Origin: Chrysomallon squamiferum
Taxonomy: Eukaryota; Animalia; Mollusca
NCBI GenBank assembly: GCA_012295275.1
Contig: CM022670.1
Span: 7,626,001-7,690,000, forward strand
Length of the DNA stretch: 64,000 nt
Reading direction: 5' to 3'
Shown one piece after another: positions 58,609-64,000 of the stretch. The stretch's first letter is position 1. Each line of letters begins with the position of its first letter. Below the pieces are notes generated by a model, which saw only the letters and a program-made list of their open reading frames with translations, searched no databases and had not been told where the DNA came from. A program made the translations under genes and the position numbers.

Positions 58609-60077
58609 GATTAATTTTTTAAATAATAAAAAAGTACGGTACTAATTCGTTATTTAATTCTTAAATACATATATACATACACACACACCGGCCAATATAT
58701 TATTCATTTTTTTCTTTTATCAGAATCAACTACGGAGTAAATTAAAGTAATACAATTTAGAAGGAAGCTTTTTCTTTGTGTTTTTTCTAGCTGCACAGCT
58801 CTGAGATCAAAGGCCATTAGTATGACCTCGAAAATTGTCAGCTGTTTATATTAGGCTCGTGTATTTCTCGAATATTGTCTTTTGTTCATAGTTTATCGTG
58901 ATCTCTTTGTTAAGCGGAATTGTCATATATCTCTCTATACAAGCATTTGTATTTATGTAACTGATATTCTGATATTCATGTGTCATAAACCGACTTTATT
59001 CTACCAAAAACAACTTGTCAGATGTCACGAAGTTATATTTTATATTTATTTACAATAACTGAATATATTTTATTTTCTTAATAGAGTAAGGAAAATTAAA
59101 ACATACATACATACATACATACATAGAGTCAGACAGACAGATATATACACATACAAACAGCGGTAGGTTAATAAATAGAAATGCAGAAATTTAAAATTAT
59201 GTTTTTATGTTACTTTCTAGAATTACAAACCCATCTCCACAATTTGTATAGTGGCTTCTTTTTATATGTATATACACCCACATACATATGTAGGCACATA
59301 CACAAACACATACATAAATACATACACACACACACATATATATATACACATATATACGTACACATGCATACCCACACATATATGTACAGATATACACATA
59401 CATATATCTACTCTACACATTTGTACTCCTAATAATGTCAGTTTAAATATTTAAATTATATAAAGCACACACGATATTAATTTTAAATATTGTACAGTAA
59501 ACTGCACAGTAATAGTGAAGCCAATATTTGCCTTCGTTTTAAATAATTAAACCATAATGGGTTTCTGAAACCATATATATTTTGATATTCAGACTAAAAA
59601 TAACAACAATTACTACGTAAAAGCTGATTTTTTCAAAAACAATCGGAGAAAACTATCTCTCCGCTGTGATAATTATATCAATGATCCTACAGTTTTAGAA
59701 GTAAATCCTACGCTTGAAATCGCTGTATCTGGTCATATGTTGCTTGTGAAACCACTCATCCGTAGCTTCCATCGAAATGTGATATCTACAGTATATTCTA
59801 ACATTAAACATTGTGTCATTGTCATGTTTCTGTTTTGTCCTATCTATAGTATGTTCCAATATTAAACATTGTATGTTTTTTGTGTTTGAATTTAGTCCTA
59901 TCTACCGTATGTTCTAACATTAAAGACTGTATGATCTTCATATTTGTATTTTTTGTTATCTACAGTATAGTCTAATATTAAACACTGCATGATCTTCATG
60001 TTTGTATATTGTCCTATTTTCCTTCCAGTGAATCAAATAAAATCATTCTCATTCAATCATGAATACTTCTGAAGAGA

Positions 60078-60116
<39 letters not shown>

Positions 60117-60484
60117 GTAATAATAATAATAATAATGTGCCAAAGAAGAAAAAAGAAGAAGAAAAAGCAGTTCTAGAAGACAAAAAAACAATAAAAATGT
60201 TTGAATTGACAAGTGCGGTCAATATCCAGATTTCTGTTGATAACATTCAGTGGTGAACAGAGTGATGATATTCGTTGATATCTGAGGATAAACTTTGCCC
60301 TCCCCTCTTATGGACCACATTATGTGCCCAACCTGTCTCAGAGTATCGAGGCATTTATGATCAGAAAAAATAATATCAGAAAACTTATCTGACAGATATT
60401 TTTAAAACCATATAAAAATAATTCTTTAAAAATGTCTAATTTCATTTTAGAGACTTTTTCTCTCTCACAGTTAGCTCAAATAAT

Positions 60485-60616
60485 TCTGCTCCTTTTACCA
60501 TATCTACACCAGCAGTCAAAGTGCTCGCAGTTCTTTCAAGCTACATTGTATTTACCAAATATTTTGTGTCCAACTTTTGATTTTGCTCTCTTCACAATTT
60601 CATTTGTTTTATTTGG
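60485..60616 (-). pseudogene. Relic LRAT-domain exon, duplicate of 53509-53640
   Basis: Near-identical to the first relic, with the same in-frame TGA before KNCEHF. Confidence 0.8.
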
Positions 60617-61975
60617 TTAATTTAATTTTTGTTCTTTCTTTTTCATCTCTATTTTTATTTTTATTTGTTCCTCTGTCTGTCTCTCACAGCGTCTGTCCTT
60701 TTCTCCGTCTTTCACTTTTCTAACGCAAAATGTTAAGTAAAATAATACTCTTTAGAAATGAAGTCGGTTTTATTTGCTATTTTTGAAAAAAAATAAATAA
60801 ATTAAAAAAAACCTGTTAACTTATTTTTATTTATTTACTTTTTATTTATCCAGATTTCCAAAGATAACGCTGTAAAAAATACATTACATTAAAGTAGCGT
60901 CATTTTCCTTATTTTACTGGCAATCGTTTGTCACAGGTCACCAAGAATTGACCTCTTAATGTAAATACATATCTCGTTTCCCTTTGTATTGCAGTTAACG
61001 GATAGCTACCTATTCTATACGTCGTTCTACTCCTCTAGTTTCTCTACATTAGGTTATAATTCTTCGTTCCGGATCATAGAAATGCAGTGTTATTACCCTC
61101 CACACAGAGAGAACTATATTCACGTAGTCTGTCCATGTCTATATAAAATGAATGTATTTATACATACATATATATATAAAATGTAAGAAAAAAATTTACC
61201 ACAAATATCCACACATACATACTATTTAAAATGAATCAACAACTTTAAATATTGTAGTCAAATAATGTTTTATTCTTCGTCAGTTTAAACTTTTACATGG
61301 AACAATATTACTAGTCACTAAACCATTTTAACTTTTTTTATTCAAAATATTGTACAGTAAACTGTACAGTAATTGTAAAGCCAGTACTTGACTTGGATTT
61401 AAACAGTTTGAAAAAAAAAAAATGTTATGAATGGGAAAACACCGTTAACAAATGTGAGGAATAGAGATTAAAAGGTATTCAATAAGCCTTTGTTTATTTC
61501 CCTAAAACATATATACAATACGACAAAACCTAGCTTCACCTAGCTTTAAACACACTGGTAGAAAAGAGTGTTATACATTACGATAAATCCTCATTTTCTC
61601 TAACACTTCAATATTTATATTAGCACAAAGAAACCAAACTAATAGAAAACGTCTACCTCAACCAAAAAGCAAATAAAAATGTGTTGATTAAAGCAATATT
61701 TTGTGAGTAAAGAAAATTAAATTTAAAAAATCGAAACATTCTAGTTTGATCAAAAATTGATAGTTACTTATAAAATGAATGAAACATACTACATTTAAAA
61801 TATTGTTAATACCACACATTAAATGAAAGCAACATACAAAGTCAGTTAACTTTTTAATCTTTCTGCTCATATATTTGTTTGAAATATTTTAACCAGCTCG
61901 GGTAAGTTTCATCATTAAATGTCATTTGTCTTGGTTTGATGAGCGTTTTCAAAAGATGCAACTGTTGAATTCAAA

Positions 61976-62018
<43 letters not shown>

Positions 62019-62107
62019 TAATAGTAATAATTTGTTTTTATATATTTGGTTGAAAATCAATACCATTGAAATGTTTTCCTGGACTAGCTGGTCAAAAAAA
62101 AAAAAAA

Positions 62108-62205
<98 letters not shown>

Positions 62206-62310
62206 ATAGACATATTTGAAAACAGAGCTGTATTAGACAGACAAATAGGAAAAGATACCTTTAGCTAATTCTTTTGAAAAATAGTATCAAATAGAAAACG
62301 GCCCCTATGA

Positions 62311-63798
62311 TTACTGGGATGTTCCTCCAGCTTTGTCACCAATCTCTGAAACCGACCTGGCCGACGCGTCTACACAGTCTGTCACTTTCTTCGCTGATCC
62401 TGATCTTTTAGATACATTAGCAGATGTTTCTAAAATATGGCTTACTTTCTGTGCCGTGTCCTTTACCTGTTGAAAAGAGATTGCGATAGTATTAACGTAT
62501 TTATTTACAGCAGAAACAGCTGTGTTACATTACAAAAAGAATACAGCAGCTTAGTTACACGTTGTATCAGTACTGATAAACAAAACGTTTCCGATAATCA
62601 TGATAGTTAGGACAAATTAAATGCAAGACTATAACAATACGTCCTGACATTTCCAACATCCTATCTTCACATCTTGAGACATCGCTGTAATCAACAGAAC
62701 TATTTTTAATATTGAAGATTGTAATATCTACAGGTTTGTACATTGTCCTATTTTCTTTTCAGTGAATTAAGCAAAATCATTCTCCTTCAGTTATGATTGA
62801 TTCTAAATGAGAACAGAGAAAAAAAAAAAAAAAATTGCACAAGGAAAAACCAGTGAGAAACGTTTACGGGGTAGTTTGTGTTCCACAGCCTCGTGTGCAT
62901 AGAACTTGACTCAAAGACTGTATAATGAGACAAACTGTTACATTTAAGTCAAAAATATTGATGTAACAGATATCTCTTCTTAAAAACATAAACAAAGTTT
63001 CTTTACAAATGTTTGTTTTGATTGTGAAATCTATCATTTAATTTAAATTACCTGTTTACTGATTTTTTCTCCGTATCTGCACCAGTTGGCAAAGTGTTCG
63101 CAGTTGTTTGTAGCAACATGGTATTCACCAAACTTTCCCTTTCCAAGTTTTGATCTTGCTCTTTTAACGATTTCTTCACTGCTGAATGGACTATACGTAC
63201 AAGTAAGAAATTTAATTCTCAGTTTTAAGTGCTTTATAAATTGTTATACCTTACAGCCAGTTATAAACATCGTTATTGCTAAATATGTACATGAAAACAT
63301 TTGTGATTATTTATTCCTTTTATGTTCTGATTTCTGTTACAGGTTCTTTATTAAAATAATTGATTGAATTGCGATCGTTCAAAAACACGTAAATCTGTAT
63401 TACAATACTTTTAATACTTATTTGTGTATCTTTTTTAAAACTGTTCAAAAATCTAATATGAAATAAAATAATTTTTGACAATTACCTTTTCTTAAACTCA
63501 ATCTCGCACGATGACGTTTCACCTCTGACAGTTTCATAATCTTCTTCTGTAACACTGCTGTCAGTTGTAAAGTGAACAACCTTTCCATTTCCTAGGAAAT
63601 ATATATATATATATACATACATACAGAGATACATACATATATACACATGTGTGCTTATGTGTGTGCTTTTTAGAGGAGAGAGATATGCGTACATACGTAT
63701 AAAAAAAGAAATCGGTATAATGTAAACTTACCGACATAAACGGCAACATGTGAAAACATGCCGCGTGAAAATTTTATTATACATCCTGGTTCTTCCAT
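62311..63798 (-). CDS. LRAT-domain (PLAAT/HRASLS-like) gene, copy 4, ~155 aa. Exons 63798-63732, 63591-63486, 63190-63052, 62466-62311
   Basis: MEEPGCIIKFSRGMFSHVAVYV|GNGKVVHFTTDSSVTEEDYETVRGETSSCEIEFKK|SPFSSEEIVKRARSKLGKGKFGEYHVATNNCEHFANWCRYGEKISKQ|VKDTAQKVSHILETSANVSKRSGSAKKVTDCVDASARSVSEIGDKAGGTSQ*. Canonical splice sites; triad intact. Confidence 0.9.
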
Positions 63799-64000
63799 TT
63801 TGGAATTTATTCTGGAATGCTTTCGAAGTTATCTCGAGAATAAAATGTATGATACACTCGGTATGTCAACGGCTTACTTTGAGATTTTAACCAACTGAAA
63901 TTCTTCCTGTTTCCTGAGAATAAAACTGAAGTGTCAAAGGTGAAAAATGGCAAAGCACGAATTTCTATTAATTTATTTATCTGTTTACTTATTTATTGAT

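Larger units (their letters stand above)
51625..64000. repeat. Recent tandem segmental duplication, period ~6.99 kb (unit 1 ~51625-58615; unit 2 ~58616 to past the window end). Each unit holds one relic and one intact LRAT gene
   Basis: Near-identical sequence at offsets of ~6970-6995 (52187/59181, 54018/60989, 56092/63086). Confidence 0.95.

Noticed and set aside
53456-63367. + strand ORFs such as MAKCSQLF.. and MSNFILE..
   Set aside because: Antisense read-outs of the minus-strand NCEHF exons.

Overview
AT-rich, microsatellite-dense animal genomic DNA. It is probably molluscan, judging from the paramyosin tail and the protocadherin type; I cannot name the species. Left part: one + strand protocadherin gene (CDS 9407-13434, three coding exons, 7 cadherin repeats, transmembrane helix, cytoplasmic tail) with a +1 frameshift at ~10535-10541. 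Middle (~14-41 kb): no recognisable coding exon, only simple repeats and unique non-coding blocks. Right part (~41.3-64 kb): a minus-strand tandem array of small spliced LRAT-domain (PLAAT/HRASLS, H-box/NC, NlpC/P60 fold) genes that the ORF track largely misses because the exons are only ~50-160 nt. I reconstructed four copies with consistent splice phases, plus two relics. The two youngest copies (7-kb duplication) differ almost only by amino-acid-changing substitutions. One copy has the catalytic Cys replaced by Ser and could splice in frame into its start-codon-less neighbour, giving a pseudoenzyme+enzyme di-domain protein. A lone paramyosin terminal exon and a decayed Tc1/mariner element sit inside the array. 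All alignments and counts were done by eye.
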